Part shown: positions 50,479-60,273 of the stretch, piece after piece
How the letters are laid out: each line of letters opens with the position of its first letter
Position numbering within the stretch: position 1 is the first letter of the stretch
NCBI GenBank assembly: GCA_963796685.1
Contig: CAWCMR010000008.1
Location: 768,001-832,000, forward strand
Length of the DNA stretch: 64,000 nucleotides
Direction of reading: 5' to 3'
Source of the DNA: an uncultured delta proteobacterium
GTDB taxonomy: Bacteria > Myxococcota_A > Polyangia > Fen-1088
Translations under genes and position numbers: made by a program
The notes under the pieces: model-generated
Database searches by the model: none
What the model was told of the DNA's origin: nothing
Seen by the model: the letters and a program-made list of their open reading frames with translations, nothing else

Positions 50479-52035
50479 ATGATCAACGAAGTTCTGATTT
50501 TCGACACCACGCTGCGCGACGGCGAGCAGGCGCTGCCCGCCAGCTTGTCGGTGGGCCAGAAGATTCGCATTGCGCGCCAGCTGGCCCTGCTCAAGGTCGA
50601 CGTCATCGAGGCAGGCTTCCCCATCTCGTCGCCGGGCGATTTCATCTCCGTCGAAACCATCGCCAAGGAGGTCAGGGGCCCCATCATTTGCGGCCTGGCC
50701 CGCGCCGTGGAGAAAGACATCCTCGCCTGCGCCAAGGCCGTGCGCCCGGCCAAGCGTCCGCGCATCCACACCTTTCTCGGCACCTCGACCATCCACCGCG
50801 AAAAGAAGCTGCGCCGCTCGCAAGACGAGATCCTGGCCATGGTCGCCGCGAGCGTGAAGTTGGCGCGCGGCAAGTGTGGCGACGTGCAATTTTCCGCCGA
50901 GGACGCCGGGCGCACCGAGCGTGATTTTCTGTGCCGGGTGGTCGAGACTGCCATCAAGAACGGAGCCCGCACCGTGAACATCCCGGACACCGTGGGCTAC
51001 ACCACGCCGGAGATCTTCGCCTCGATCATCGACGACATCATGAACCGCGTACCCAACGTGGACAAGGCCATCATCGCGGTCCACTGCCACAACGACCTTG
51101 GTCTTGCCACCTCGAACTCGATCACCGCGGTCAAGCACGGCGCGCGCCAGGTGGAGTGCACCATCAACGGTATCGGCGAGCGCGCGGGCAACGCCGCGCT
51201 CGAAGAGGTCGTGATGATCATGAAGGTGCGCCACGACTACCTCGGCGTCACCTCGGGGGTGGACACCACCGAGATCATGCGCACGAGTAAGTTGGTGCGC
51301 GACGTGTGCGCGATGCCGGTGCAGCCCAACAAGGCCGTGGTCGGCAGCAATGCCTTCGCCCATTCCTCCGGCATCCATCAGGACGGCGTGCTCAAGTTCA
51401 AGTCGACCTACGAGATCATGACCCCGCAGTCCATCGGCCTCCAAGACAACAAGATGAACCTGACCAGCCGGTCGGGCAGCCACATGGTGAGGAGCCGCCT
51501 CGAAAGCCTGGGCTACCGCGAGAAGGACATCGACATCGAGACCTTCCACCCCAAGTTTAAGGCCCTGGCCGACAAGAAGGGCACGGTCTACGACGACGAT
51601 CTGGTGGCCCTGATGGAGGCCGACACCATCGAGGAGCTCGCCGACACCTACAAGCTCGAGTACCTCAACGTGACCGGCGGTATGGGGGTGATCCCCACGG
51701 CCACGGTGCGCATCGTGTCCGACGGCAAGGTCCGCGAGGAAGCGGCCAGCGGCGATGGCGTGGTGGACGCCACGACCAAGGCCATCGACCGCGTGGTCGG
51801 CTTCAAGATCAAGGTCAAGGACTACCATCTCGACGCCATCAGCGAGGGCCGCGAGGCGCTCGGCCGCGTGAAGATGGTCGCGGTATCGCCCGAGGGAACC
51901 TTCACCGGCATCGGCACCAGCACCGACATCGTCGAGGCCTCGGCCAAGGCCTACATGGACGTGGTCAACAAGCTCTGCCGCATGCGCAAGTACGCGCCCA
52001 AGCTGCGCGGCAAGCGCGCCAAGGCGGCGCTCTAG
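50479..52035 (+). CDS. leuA: 2-isopropylmalate synthase
   Basis: DTTLRDGEQ, IEAGFP, HCHNDLG, GIGERAGN, HSSGIHQDG, C-terminal regulatory domain. Confidence 0.95.
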   Translation: MINEVLIFDTTLRDGEQALPASLSVGQKIRIARQLALLKVDVIEAGFPISSPGDFISVETIAKEVRGPIICGLARAVEKDILACAKAVRPAKRPRIHTFLGTSTIHREKKLRRSQDEILAMVAASVKLARGKCGDVQFSAEDAGRTERDFLCRVVETAIKNGARTVNIPDTVGYTTPEIFASIIDDIMNRVPNVDKAIIAVHCHNDLGLATSNSITAVKHGARQVECTINGIGERAGNAALEEVVMIMKVRHDYLGVTSGVDTTEIMRTSKLVRDVCAMPVQPNKAVVGSNAFAHSSGIHQDGVLKFKSTYEIMTPQSIGLQDNKMNLTSRSGSHMVRSRLESLGYREKDIDIETFHPKFKALADKKGTVYDDDLVALMEADTIEELADTYKLEYLNVTGGMGVIPTATVRIVSDGKVREEAASGDGVVDATTKAIDRVVGFKIKVKDYHLDAISEGREALGRVKMVAVSPEGTFTGIGTSTDIVEASAKAYMDVVNKLCRMRKYAPKLRGKRAKAAL

Positions 52036-52065
52036 CGGAGGTCCGCCCATCAAGATCCCGCCTGC

Positions 52066-53826
52066 ATGAAAAGCCCCGAAACGGACGAAGGACTTCCTGT
52101 TCCACGCTGGATGGTGTGGCTCGGCTTGTTGGCTTGGGTCGGCGTCCTCGTGCTTTGGACGTCCCGAGCGGATCTGGGCACGGCCGTCTTTTCCACGGAG
52201 AGCCTGCGCAACTGGGCGACCCTTTCCGCCTGGATTCGGAGGACCGTCGTGCTGGCCGGCGAGAACCTCGCCTGCTTCGTTCCCGTCGGGTTTCTGTCGA
52301 TCCTGGCCCTGCCCTCCCGACGAGGTTGGCTCGATCGCACCGTGCGCAGGTGGATTCCTGCCCTCGCCATCGCGTTTCTGCTTGCTGCTCTCATCCCTGC
52401 TTGGCGTCCGCGTCCAACCGCCCCGGTCATCGCGCCAGGTGTGCTTGGCCTGCTTCTGCCTTGGGGTGGTTGCGCGCTTGGCACCTGGGCGGGCATGGCT
52501 TGGACACGGGGAGCCCTGGCGCGCATCCTATTCTTGCCCAAGTTGGCCCTGCTGATGGCGCTGCTCGCAGGAGCTGCAGGGGCCGTGGCCTACAGGGCTG
52601 TCGAATCCACGCCCGCCAGCATCGAGATGCCCAAGGTCACCTCGGCAGACAGACGCCACTTGTACGACGTGTTCGCCGGCAAGAACCCGCTCAAGGTTCA
52701 AGAGGGATCGACGGTCACCCTCGGCATTACCGGTCACGAGCTCAATTTACTCCTGGCATGGGGCCTGTCGGTGCAGAACTGGCCTGCCCTGGCGACAGTC
52801 GAGATCGGCAAGAGTGCCGGTGAGCTGCGGGCCGCATTACCGCTGCGAGGGCGCTCGCGTTTTTTGAACATCACCGCCCGGGGAACCTTCCAGGTACGAG
52901 AGGGAATCCTGGCCGTACACGCCGAACGCTTGCGCGTGGGTCGGATCGAAATCCCCAAGCTCGTGCTCGCGGCCCTGACCCCCGTGGTCGCCAACGCGTT
53001 CGCTGCCGATCCGCGGCTGCAGCCGGTCTTGTCCCGCGTCCACACTGCCGGGCTGCAATCGGGCTTGCTGACCGTGAGCTACGGGCACGGCGCGCCTCCG
53101 AGAGGCTTCGTCTCGGGGCTTTTCCACGGCCCGGAGGCGGCCCCGATCGATATCCCGGCCGTCTACGCGCAGGTGCTGAATCTCATTGCGGCGGCACCCC
53201 AGCTGCCGCGCGATAGCGATGCGCGCTTCGGCGCGGCGGTGCGCACCGCCTTTCGTCTTGCCCAAGCTCGCTCGCTGCCGGGTCGCGCGGTCGAGGAGAA
53301 TCGGGCGGCCTTGCTGGCGCTCGGCATTGCGCTTGGCCATCCGCACGTGGAGACGCTTATCGGTGGGGTCATGGATGAAGCCACCCGCCGCGCGCTCCTC
53401 AGCGCCTACGACGGAACCACCCTGCGCAAGCGCTCGGACTGGCCCAAGCACTTCTTCGTCAGCGCCGCGCTCGTGGTCATCGCCGCGCGCAACATCAGCG
53501 ACGCGAGCGGCCTGCTCAAGGAAGAGAAGGACGCCGCGGGCGGGAGTGGTTTTTCGTTCGCCGATCTGCTGGCCGATCGGTCGGGAACGACTTTCGCGCA
53601 GGTCGCCACGCGTGACGAGACCTCGGCCCGAGCGCTTCAGGAGACGCTTGAAAAGGGCTTCAAGGTCGACGCGTTCTTTCCCCGGGCTGACGATCTGCCC
53701 GAAGGCATCCCGGATGCCGACTTCCAAACCCGCTACGGCGGAACCGAGGGCGAGGGATACCGCCGACTGGCCGCGGAGATCAATCGACGTGTCAAGAGCT
53801 GCACGGCCTACGCCAGGGCGCCCTGA
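52066..53826 (+). CDS. membrane protein with VanZ-like N-terminus and conserved C-terminal domain
   Basis: NLACFVPVGFL VanZ-like motif, about 5 TMs, KHFFVSAAL..KEEKD..GSGFSFADL.AD. Confidence 0.6.
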   Translation: MKSPETDEGLPVPRWMVWLGLLAWVGVLVLWTSRADLGTAVFSTESLRNWATLSAWIRRTVVLAGENLACFVPVGFLSILALPSRRGWLDRTVRRWIPALAIAFLLAALIPAWRPRPTAPVIAPGVLGLLLPWGGCALGTWAGMAWTRGALARILFLPKLALLMALLAGAAGAVAYRAVESTPASIEMPKVTSADRRHLYDVFAGKNPLKVQEGSTVTLGITGHELNLLLAWGLSVQNWPALATVEIGKSAGELRAALPLRGRSRFLNITARGTFQVREGILAVHAERLRVGRIEIPKLVLAALTPVVANAFAADPRLQPVLSRVHTAGLQSGLLTVSYGHGAPPRGFVSGLFHGPEAAPIDIPAVYAQVLNLIAAAPQLPRDSDARFGAAVRTAFRLAQARSLPGRAVEENRAALLALGIALGHPHVETLIGGVMDEATRRALLSAYDGTTLRKRSDWPKHFFVSAALVVIAARNISDASGLLKEEKDAAGGSGFSFADLLADRSGTTFAQVATRDETSARALQETLEKGFKVDAFFPRADDLPEGIPDADFQTRYGGTEGEGYRRLAAEINRRVKSCTAYARAP

Positions 53827-54378
53827 TCGCCCAGTGAGGAGCATCACCCGAGGCTCACCACGCCGCGCACGGTGGTGGCTTTCCCGCACGTTCCATCTCG
53901 CGTAACGTGAACGTGTCCTCACGCCGAGCAGGCTTCTGAATTGCCAAGTGTGTTGTGGCGTTTGACGCACAAGCAGGAGCGGCGCCAAGACCACCGGCCA
54001 TCTCGACCACTGCAACCGCCGTTACACAGAGCAATTGTCGGGCTCGCCTGCCCAGTGCGAAGAGGCGGCGCGCTGTCGTGGCGCCGATTTGGACACCGCC
54101 TTTGCGATGCCAGGGCCCCCAAGCGTGCGCTCACACTGCTTTCGACTGCACGCAGGCTCAGGCTATTTGTAATGCCGTTTCAAGGGATTGCGCGCCTTTG
54201 CTCATTGGTTCGATTGCTCGGCAATGGCCATTTCCTGGCCAGAACGGGACAGACGGGACAGACGGGACAAATGACGCTTGTGTTCTAAAACAGCACAATA
54301 TTGCGCATTGACTGACCGAGGGGCCTGTAATACGAGGCTAAACTGTGTATGATACGCGGTACACACTCAGGAGAACCA

Positions 54379-54930
54379 ATGCCGAACACAGAAATGAACA
54401 TCACCGCCATTGTCGAGAGCTTCACCAACCAAATCACGTCCGCCGTGGAAGCCTCCGTGGTTGACCGAATTCAGGCTGCGCTGGCTGGCGCCTTCGGGAC
54501 ACCACAGAGACGCGGACCAGGAAGGCCTTCAAGGCAGACCGTGGCATCCAAAGCGGCGGCAGGCGAGAGCAAGCCCAAGCAGCTGTGTCCAGTTCCCGGC
54601 TGCAAGAACGTGGCGGCACCAATCTTCGGAATGGTCTGCAAGGACCATAGGAACGTGGCCAAGTCCAAAATCGCCAAGTACCGCGAGGCTCGACGCGAAG
54701 GCCAGGTCGTCCAGACCGGCAGCGCAAAGCCCGCTGCGGCCAAGGTCATCAAGAAGGCCAAGAAGGCGAGCCCCAAGGTCGCTCGAGCGCGCAAACTGCA
54801 AGGGCAGTATCTCGGTGCCTTGAAGTCTCTCACCGGTGTGGATCGCGCAAAGGTGAAACAGCTTGCCAAGGACAAGGGCGTTGCCGATGCCGTGAAGTTG
54901 GCGATGACACTGAAGAAGCCTCGCGCGTAA
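54379..54930 (+). CDS. basic putative DNA-binding protein (AT-hook-like, CCCH motif, Lys/Ala-rich)
   Basis: AGGAG RBS; RRGPGRP; CPVPGC..C..H; AAKVIKKAKK; followed by a terminator. Confidence 0.75.
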   Translation: MPNTEMNITAIVESFTNQITSAVEASVVDRIQAALAGAFGTPQRRGPGRPSRQTVASKAAAGESKPKQLCPVPGCKNVAAPIFGMVCKDHRNVAKSKIAKYREARREGQVVQTGSAKPAAAKVIKKAKKASPKVARARKLQGQYLGALKSLTGVDRAKVKQLAKDKGVADAVKLAMTLKKPRA

Positions 54931-54980
54931 GCGGTCGGGGCCAATCGTTCCGGCGCTTTGTGGATTGAAGACCCAAGGGG

Positions 54981-55009
54981 AGGCCCTGTGCAAGCAGGGC
55001 CTTTTCTTT
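54981..55009 (+). terminator. rho-independent terminator
   Basis: AGGCCCTG-tgcaag-CAGGGCCT followed by TTTCTTT. Confidence 0.7.
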
Positions 55010-55047
55010 ATGTGGCCCACCAACACCGACTTTCGTGGCGACGCCGT

Positions 55048-56247
55048 CTACCCCGAGCCTTCGCAAAGCAGCGCTGCCAGGGCTCGCATGACGTGGCCGA
55101 AGGCGATGCGTTCTTGCTCCAGCCGCACACGCGCGCCCAGTCGGTCGAATCGAAGATCCTCGTAGACGCCTTCCTCGTCCGGGGTGAGATGCGGTAGAGG
55201 CTTGTCGTACCGATCCGGCTCCGCCACCCACAACGCCCGATGGCCGAGCAGAGTCTCGCGGTCCATCAGGAAGGAACGCACATCAGGGAAGATCGCGCGC
55301 AGGCTATCCAGGATGGCAAACCCGTGCGTGTCGAGGTCACCCCAATAGAAGATGGCTTTGTCTTGCAACCAGGGAACGAGCCTCAATCGGTCGACGCCGT
55401 AGCCGAGACCGAAAATAATGATGCCGGCCTCGACCTCGGGGAAAGCCAGGCCGTTGATCTCGTTCTCCGTGATGAACACCCTGCGGACGGGCAGATCGAG
55501 TCGGGCGACCTGCGCGACCGGAGCCGTGATGTCGTCGAGACCGTGAATGCGCAGCCGGTCGTCGAGAACGCGAAAGCGCAACTGGGCCGGCTTGCCGAGA
55601 AGACCGTAGCGTTGGTCGAAGGCCTGGCCGCCCACGGCCAGGCGGTCGACGGCCTCCACGGGCAAGACGAGGTCGAGCAGCTCGACCAGCAGCCGATGGT
55701 GGGTCTCGATGAACTTCGTGTGCACGCCGGCGACATCGATCTGGCGGGCGTAGACGCCTGGGCGCGGGTGGTTGCGGAACCATGTCACCACGTTCAGAAT
55801 GCGTTCCCAATCCCCGGCGGTTTCGAGCAAGTCGAGCGGCCGACGGGCGATCCATGGCACCAGCTCGGAGTGCGCGTCCCGGGTTGCCTGGACCAGCCGA
55901 TCGAACAGTTCCGCCTGGCGGCGTTTTCCGAGCATCGCCAGCGCATCCTCTTCGCTCGGCACGACGACAGACCGGGGCACGCGGTTCACACCGAGTTGGC
56001 GGTGATTGACTTCGGCATAGACGACTTCGTAGCCCGTGCCTACGCAGCTCTTGCTGCCTTCCTCCAGAGTGCGAATCCAGGTCCGCGCTTCCACGAATCG
56101 GTCGGACAGATCCCGCACCTGTGGCCGCTTCATACGCACGGCATAGGGGAACAGCGGTGCGCCGCCAAGCCGCGCCCCGAGAATGAGGCCCCGATCCCAC
56201 AGGCGCTGGACCTGCGCGCGAACATCGTCGGGGGTAGTCCAAGCCAT
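55048..56247 (-). CDS. jetD: Wadjet JetD TOPRIM nuclease (DUF3322+DUF2220-like)
   Basis: WTTP N-terminus, Y.RQ.D..GVHTKFIE, ITENE, FGLGY, YWGDLDTHG, RLEQE. Confidence 0.92.
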   Translation of the reverse strand: MAWTTPDDVRAQVQRLWDRGLILGARLGGAPLFPYAVRMKRPQVRDLSDRFVEARTWIRTLEEGSKSCVGTGYEVVYAEVNHRQLGVNRVPRSVVVPSEEDALAMLGKRRQAELFDRLVQATRDAHSELVPWIARRPLDLLETAGDWERILNVVTWFRNHPRPGVYARQIDVAGVHTKFIETHHRLLVELLDLVLPVEAVDRLAVGGQAFDQRYGLLGKPAQLRFRVLDDRLRIHGLDDITAPVAQVARLDLPVRRVFITENEINGLAFPEVEAGIIIFGLGYGVDRLRLVPWLQDKAIFYWGDLDTHGFAILDSLRAIFPDVRSFLMDRETLLGHRALWVAEPDRYDKPLPHLTPDEEGVYEDLRFDRLGARVRLEQERIAFGHVMRALAALLCEGSG

Positions 56248-56254
56248 GGCACGC

Positions 56255-59200
56255 CTACGATGCTCGGGCCGCGCGCTCTTTCCGGTATTCTTCGATGGTG
56301 AGATTGCGCAGCATGGACGAGCGACCATCGTCGGTGTGGACGAAGCCAACGCCGGCCACGTGGGGTTCGATGATGTGGATCTTCTGCAGGGGGGTGACGA
56401 TGAGGAGCTGCAGGTTCATGCGAGCGAAAAGCTCGAGCGCGTAGCGGGCCGACTCATCGGAGCCGCGCCCGAAGGCCTCGTCGATGGCCACGAAACGAAA
56501 CGAGCGCGAACGTTTCACGCCGCGTTCCAGGCCGAACTGGTAGGCCAGGCTGGCCGCCAGCACCGTGTATGCCAGCTTCTCCTTCTGCCCGCCCGACTTG
56601 CCGCCCGAGTCGGTGTAGTGCTCGTGCTCGCGATCGTCCTCGCGCCACCTCTCCGAAGCCGAGAAGGTGAACCAGTTGCGCACGTCGGTGACCCTGCGGG
56701 TCCAGCGCCGGTCGGCGTCGGTCGAGCCTTCCCGACCGCGAAAGCGCTCGATGAGGCTCCTGACTTGCAAGAACTTGGCCTCGGAGTAGACGGCATCCTC
56801 GGAGCCGGTAAGAGCGCCTTCGGTGCAGACGCGCAGGTCCTGCTGGAAATCGCGGATGTCGGCATCTTGCGACGCGACGATTTCCAGCGCGATGTAGCGA
56901 TTCGGGTTGTAGTCGATGTCACGCAGGGATCGGTTGATGGCCACGATGCGCTCGCGGATGGTTTGCCGTTCGCGGTGCAGCTGCGACTGGAAATTGGCCA
57001 CCTCGCGAATGGCGTTTTCGTTCAGCAGCTCCTTGAACTTGGCCTCGAAGCGGGGCAAGTCGTCTTGGGTGAGACGCGCCAGCATCGAGCCGAGCTCGCC
57101 CAAGGCGTCGACACGCGCATCGATCTCCTGCGTCTCGACCGGGTAGTCCTTGCGATAGGCCTCCATGGCCTTGACGATCTTTTCTTCCAGGCGCCGCAGA
57201 CGCTGATCGCGCGCATCGATCTCTTTCTGCAACCAATCGCGCAAGTCCTTCTCGCGGCCATCGCACGACTCGACGGTCAGCATGTGCGGACCCAGAGCCT
57301 CGTCGCGCATCTCGTCCAGGCGGGCAAAATCGCGGGTCTTCACCTCGGCCGTCGTGGCATCGAGCAACGCCTGGCACGCCTGACGCAAGGAGGTGGCTTG
57401 CTCCTGCTTGAGGCGCGTGGTGGCGAGCTCGCGATTGTCTTCGTCCTGCTCCGCCTCGGTCGCGCGCATGCGCTCTTCGAGCGTAGCCAATTGTTCTTCG
57501 AGCGCGCGCAAGACATCCGAGGCCGCCTCCAGTTGGCGACGTTCGCCATCCAAGCGCTCGATCTCGACCGACAGCGGCTTCCAGTCGATTTCGCGAAAGT
57601 CCTCGAACACCGACAGTTGGTGCAAGTGCGCGAGCCGCTCGCCGAGCGCACCCTGCTCGTCCTGCAATCCGGCCAGACGGGCAGCGATGGCCTGCATACG
57701 CGCCTCCAGCATTTCGCGTTCCGCATCGAAGGCGGCGATCTTGGCTTCGTTCGACCAACCGAGCACGTAGCGTGATTTGTCGTCCAGGCGATGGCGATCG
57801 TCTTTCTCGTGACGACCGCCGCTGGCCTTGATTTGGCCGTTCCTGGTGATGGCCTGCTTTTCGCGTCGAAACTGTTCCAAGCTGTCGCAACAGACGTGGT
57901 CGAATCGGCGCGCGATCTCCGATTCCAGCCAGACATAGAACGCCGAGTCCGGCTTGATGACCAGCTTGTGCAGCACCGCTGCCGGCGAGCTCGCAACCGC
58001 GGTGGCGCGTTGGCTGACCACGCGAAAGTAGACCAATCGCTCGCCGAGGTGCGTGCCGTCCACCCACGCGGCCACGCGCGCGTAGTCCCGGTCCGGCACC
58101 AGCAGCGACAAGCCGAAGTTGTGCAGCAGGCGCTCGACGGCGCCTTCCCAGGCCCGCTCCTCCGGGCGCACCTGGATGAGCTCGCCGACAAAGGGCAAGT
58201 CCTCGTCCCGCAGGTCGAGCGCCCGGCAAAGCGCGGCGCGGATTTCGAGCATGCGCGAGGGAATGTTCGACCGACGCGCGTGCAGCGACGCCAGCTCGCG
58301 CGAAATCTCGCCGTGCTGATCCTTGAGGCCGCGGAGCTCGACCGAGACCTCGGTCACTGCATTTTGTGCCCGGCCCTGCCGCGCCTTCGAGACCTCCACA
58401 TCCTCGGCAAGCGCCCGACGGTTGGCCTGGAATGCGTCGCCATCGCCGGGCAGGCGCAACCCCGAGGCCGCCGCCAGGTGAGCGTACTGGTCGGCATGGC
58501 GCGAGCGCGCGTCCCTCTCGGTGCGTTTCCGCGCGATGTCCGTCTTGATGCGCTCGATGCGGTCGCCGCCGTTCTCGGCGATGGCCCGTTTCAGCTCATC
58601 GCGCGAGGTCTGCTGGTTGCGCCGCTTCTCGACGCCTTCGGCGATGCGCGCTTCCAGCTTCGCCAGCTCGACCTGCAGGTTGCCAAGGCGCTTGTCCAGC
58701 AACACCGCCTTGTGCTGGGCAAAGTAGGCATGCAAGGCACCGCGACAGTTGCGCAGAGACTCGGCTTCGCCCGAGAGCCGTCCGTGTTCGCACCCGTCCT
58801 CGACGATGGGCGAAAGACGCGCGATCTGCGCCTTGGCTTTGAGCACCGCCTCGTGGGCACGGTTGAGGTCGTCGAAGTGATGCACCAGCGCCTCGATGCG
58901 TTCGTCGACGGGAAACGCCTCCAGCATGTGCTGGCGGACGAAGTCGGTCAGGTTGCCCACCGACTTCATCGATACGGTCTGGTGAAACAGGTCGAGCGCC
59001 TGGTCGTTCTCGATGCCGAAGCGGCGACGAAACGCCGCCGCGTAAGGCGGGAACGAATCGAAGATCTCGGTCTTGGCCAGCCGGCGCAAACGCTTGCGCA
59101 AATCGCCGATGTCCTGCCCGAAATTGGAGAAGTGCTCGGCGATCGAGAGCGTCCCGTCCGACAGCACGAAGAGCCGCGCCGGCTGTCCCTCCACGTCCTT

Positions 59201-59629
59201 GAGCCAGAACACCTGCGCCAGCGTCACCGTCTGCTCATAGCCTTGGTTGTGAAAGCGCGCGACCAGCACGGAGTAGCTGTTTCCGTCGCGCAACGACACC
59301 GGCCGCGCCGAAAGGCCGAGGTCGTTGCGTTCGGTCTTGTAGTGGCCAAGCACATACGAGCGCAAGGTGCGCTCGCGCACCTCGGCCCCGGCGGCCTTGT
59401 TGTACGCGATCCTCTGCGGCGGCACGAGCAAGGTGGTGATGGCGTCGACCAGCGTCGACTTGCCCGAGCCGATATCCCCGGTGAGGAGGACATTGTCCCC
59501 ACCCGGCGCCAACGTCCAGATCCGCTGGTTGAAGGTGCCCCAGTTGTAGATCTCCAGGCGGTACAGGCGAAAGCCCGTGTGCTCGTCGGAAACGGCGAAA
59601 TCGAGCGCGCCCTGCCCGGCTTCGCTCAT
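56255..59629 (-). CDS. jetC: Wadjet JetC SMC-like ATPase
   Basis: YNWGTF, Walker A GDIGSGKST, long coiled coils, signature SGGQKEKL, Walker B IDEAF. Confidence 0.95.
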   Translation of the reverse strand: MSEAGQGALDFAVSDEHTGFRLYRLEIYNWGTFNQRIWTLAPGGDNVLLTGDIGSGKSTLVDAITTLLVPPQRIAYNKAAGAEVRERTLRSYVLGHYKTERNDLGLSARPVSLRDGNSYSVLVARFHNQGYEQTVTLAQVFWLKDVEGQPARLFVLSDGTLSIAEHFSNFGQDIGDLRKRLRRLAKTEIFDSFPPYAAAFRRRFGIENDQALDLFHQTVSMKSVGNLTDFVRQHMLEAFPVDERIEALVHHFDDLNRAHEAVLKAKAQIARLSPIVEDGCEHGRLSGEAESLRNCRGALHAYFAQHKAVLLDKRLGNLQVELAKLEARIAEGVEKRRNQQTSRDELKRAIAENGGDRIERIKTDIARKRTERDARSRHADQYAHLAAASGLRLPGDGDAFQANRRALAEDVEVSKARQGRAQNAVTEVSVELRGLKDQHGEISRELASLHARRSNIPSRMLEIRAALCRALDLRDEDLPFVGELIQVRPEERAWEGAVERLLHNFGLSLLVPDRDYARVAAWVDGTHLGERLVYFRVVSQRATAVASSPAAVLHKLVIKPDSAFYVWLESEIARRFDHVCCDSLEQFRREKQAITRNGQIKASGGRHEKDDRHRLDDKSRYVLGWSNEAKIAAFDAEREMLEARMQAIAARLAGLQDEQGALGERLAHLHQLSVFEDFREIDWKPLSVEIERLDGERRQLEAASDVLRALEEQLATLEERMRATEAEQDEDNRELATTRLKQEQATSLRQACQALLDATTAEVKTRDFARLDEMRDEALGPHMLTVESCDGREKDLRDWLQKEIDARDQRLRRLEEKIVKAMEAYRKDYPVETQEIDARVDALGELGSMLARLTQDDLPRFEAKFKELLNENAIREVANFQSQLHRERQTIRERIVAINRSLRDIDYNPNRYIALEIVASQDADIRDFQQDLRVCTEGALTGSEDAVYSEAKFLQVRSLIERFRGREGSTDADRRWTRRVTDVRNWFTFSASERWREDDREHEHYTDSGGKSGGQKEKLAYTVLAASLAYQFGLERGVKRSRSFRFVAIDEAFGRGSDESARYALELFARMNLQLLIVTPLQKIHIIEPHVAGVGFVHTDDGRSSMLRNLTIEEYRKERAARAS

Positions 59630-60273
59630 GATTCCCCGTCTTTTTCGCCTGCCGACTCGTTCTTCCAATGCTCGGCGTAGGCCGCGAGCCGCCGATCGAA
59701 TTCCGATAGCCACTGGGCATCCACGAAGGCCTTGAGAATGCGCTGGATCTCGAGCTCGCCGTCATTGCCGTCATTGCCGCCTTTGCCGCCTTTGCCGCGC
59801 AACCGGCGCAGAAATCCCATCTCGACCGCCTTGTTGATGTGCGCATCCAAGCGATCCGTCAGGCGCGCTTCGTTGCCGCTGTCGGGAAGAAAGACCCGCA
59901 CCAAATCGGCGATCTGCTCGCGACTCAGGATGATGCGGGTGCCGTCGCCCTGCGCATCCGATTCGGCGAGCTTCTTTCGCAACAGCACCAGCAGCAAGCT
60001 TACCTGGAAACCGAGCGGCCGGCGCGGCACCAGGCGCGGCAGCTCGGGCTCCCCCTCGCCGACCGCCCGCTGGCGAAGGTACGCATAGCCCTCGGCCTCG
60101 TCGACGATCAGCTCGAGCCCGAGCGGCGCCACGTGATCGCGCACCCGCGCCTGCAGATCGAGCAACGCCTGCCAATTCTTGGGCTCGTCCTCCGCGTGGA
60201 GCACGCCCCTCATCAGCGACACGAGCACCAGCGAGAAGGCATTCGACGCCTCCTTGGGCTGCGTGTCGGTCAT
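59626..60273 (-). CDS. jetB: Wadjet JetB (DUF4194-like)
   Basis: LGLELIVDEAEGYAYLRQ, LVPRRPL..SLLLVLLRKKL, ILKAFVDAQWL; ATGA-coupled to jetC. Confidence 0.92.
   Translation of the reverse strand: MTDTQPKEASNAFSLVLVSLMRGVLHAEDEPKNWQALLDLQARVRDHVAPLGLELIVDEAEGYAYLRQRAVGEGEPELPRLVPRRPLGFQVSLLLVLLRKKLAESDAQGDGTRIILSREQIADLVRVFLPDSGNEARLTDRLDAHINKAVEMGFLRRLRGKGGKGGNDGNDGELEIQRILKAFVDAQWLSEFDRRLAAYAEHWKNESAGEKDGES

Noticed and set aside
54244-54270. ACGGGACAG x3 tandem repeat
   Set aside because: Too short to call an iteron or operator without further evidence.
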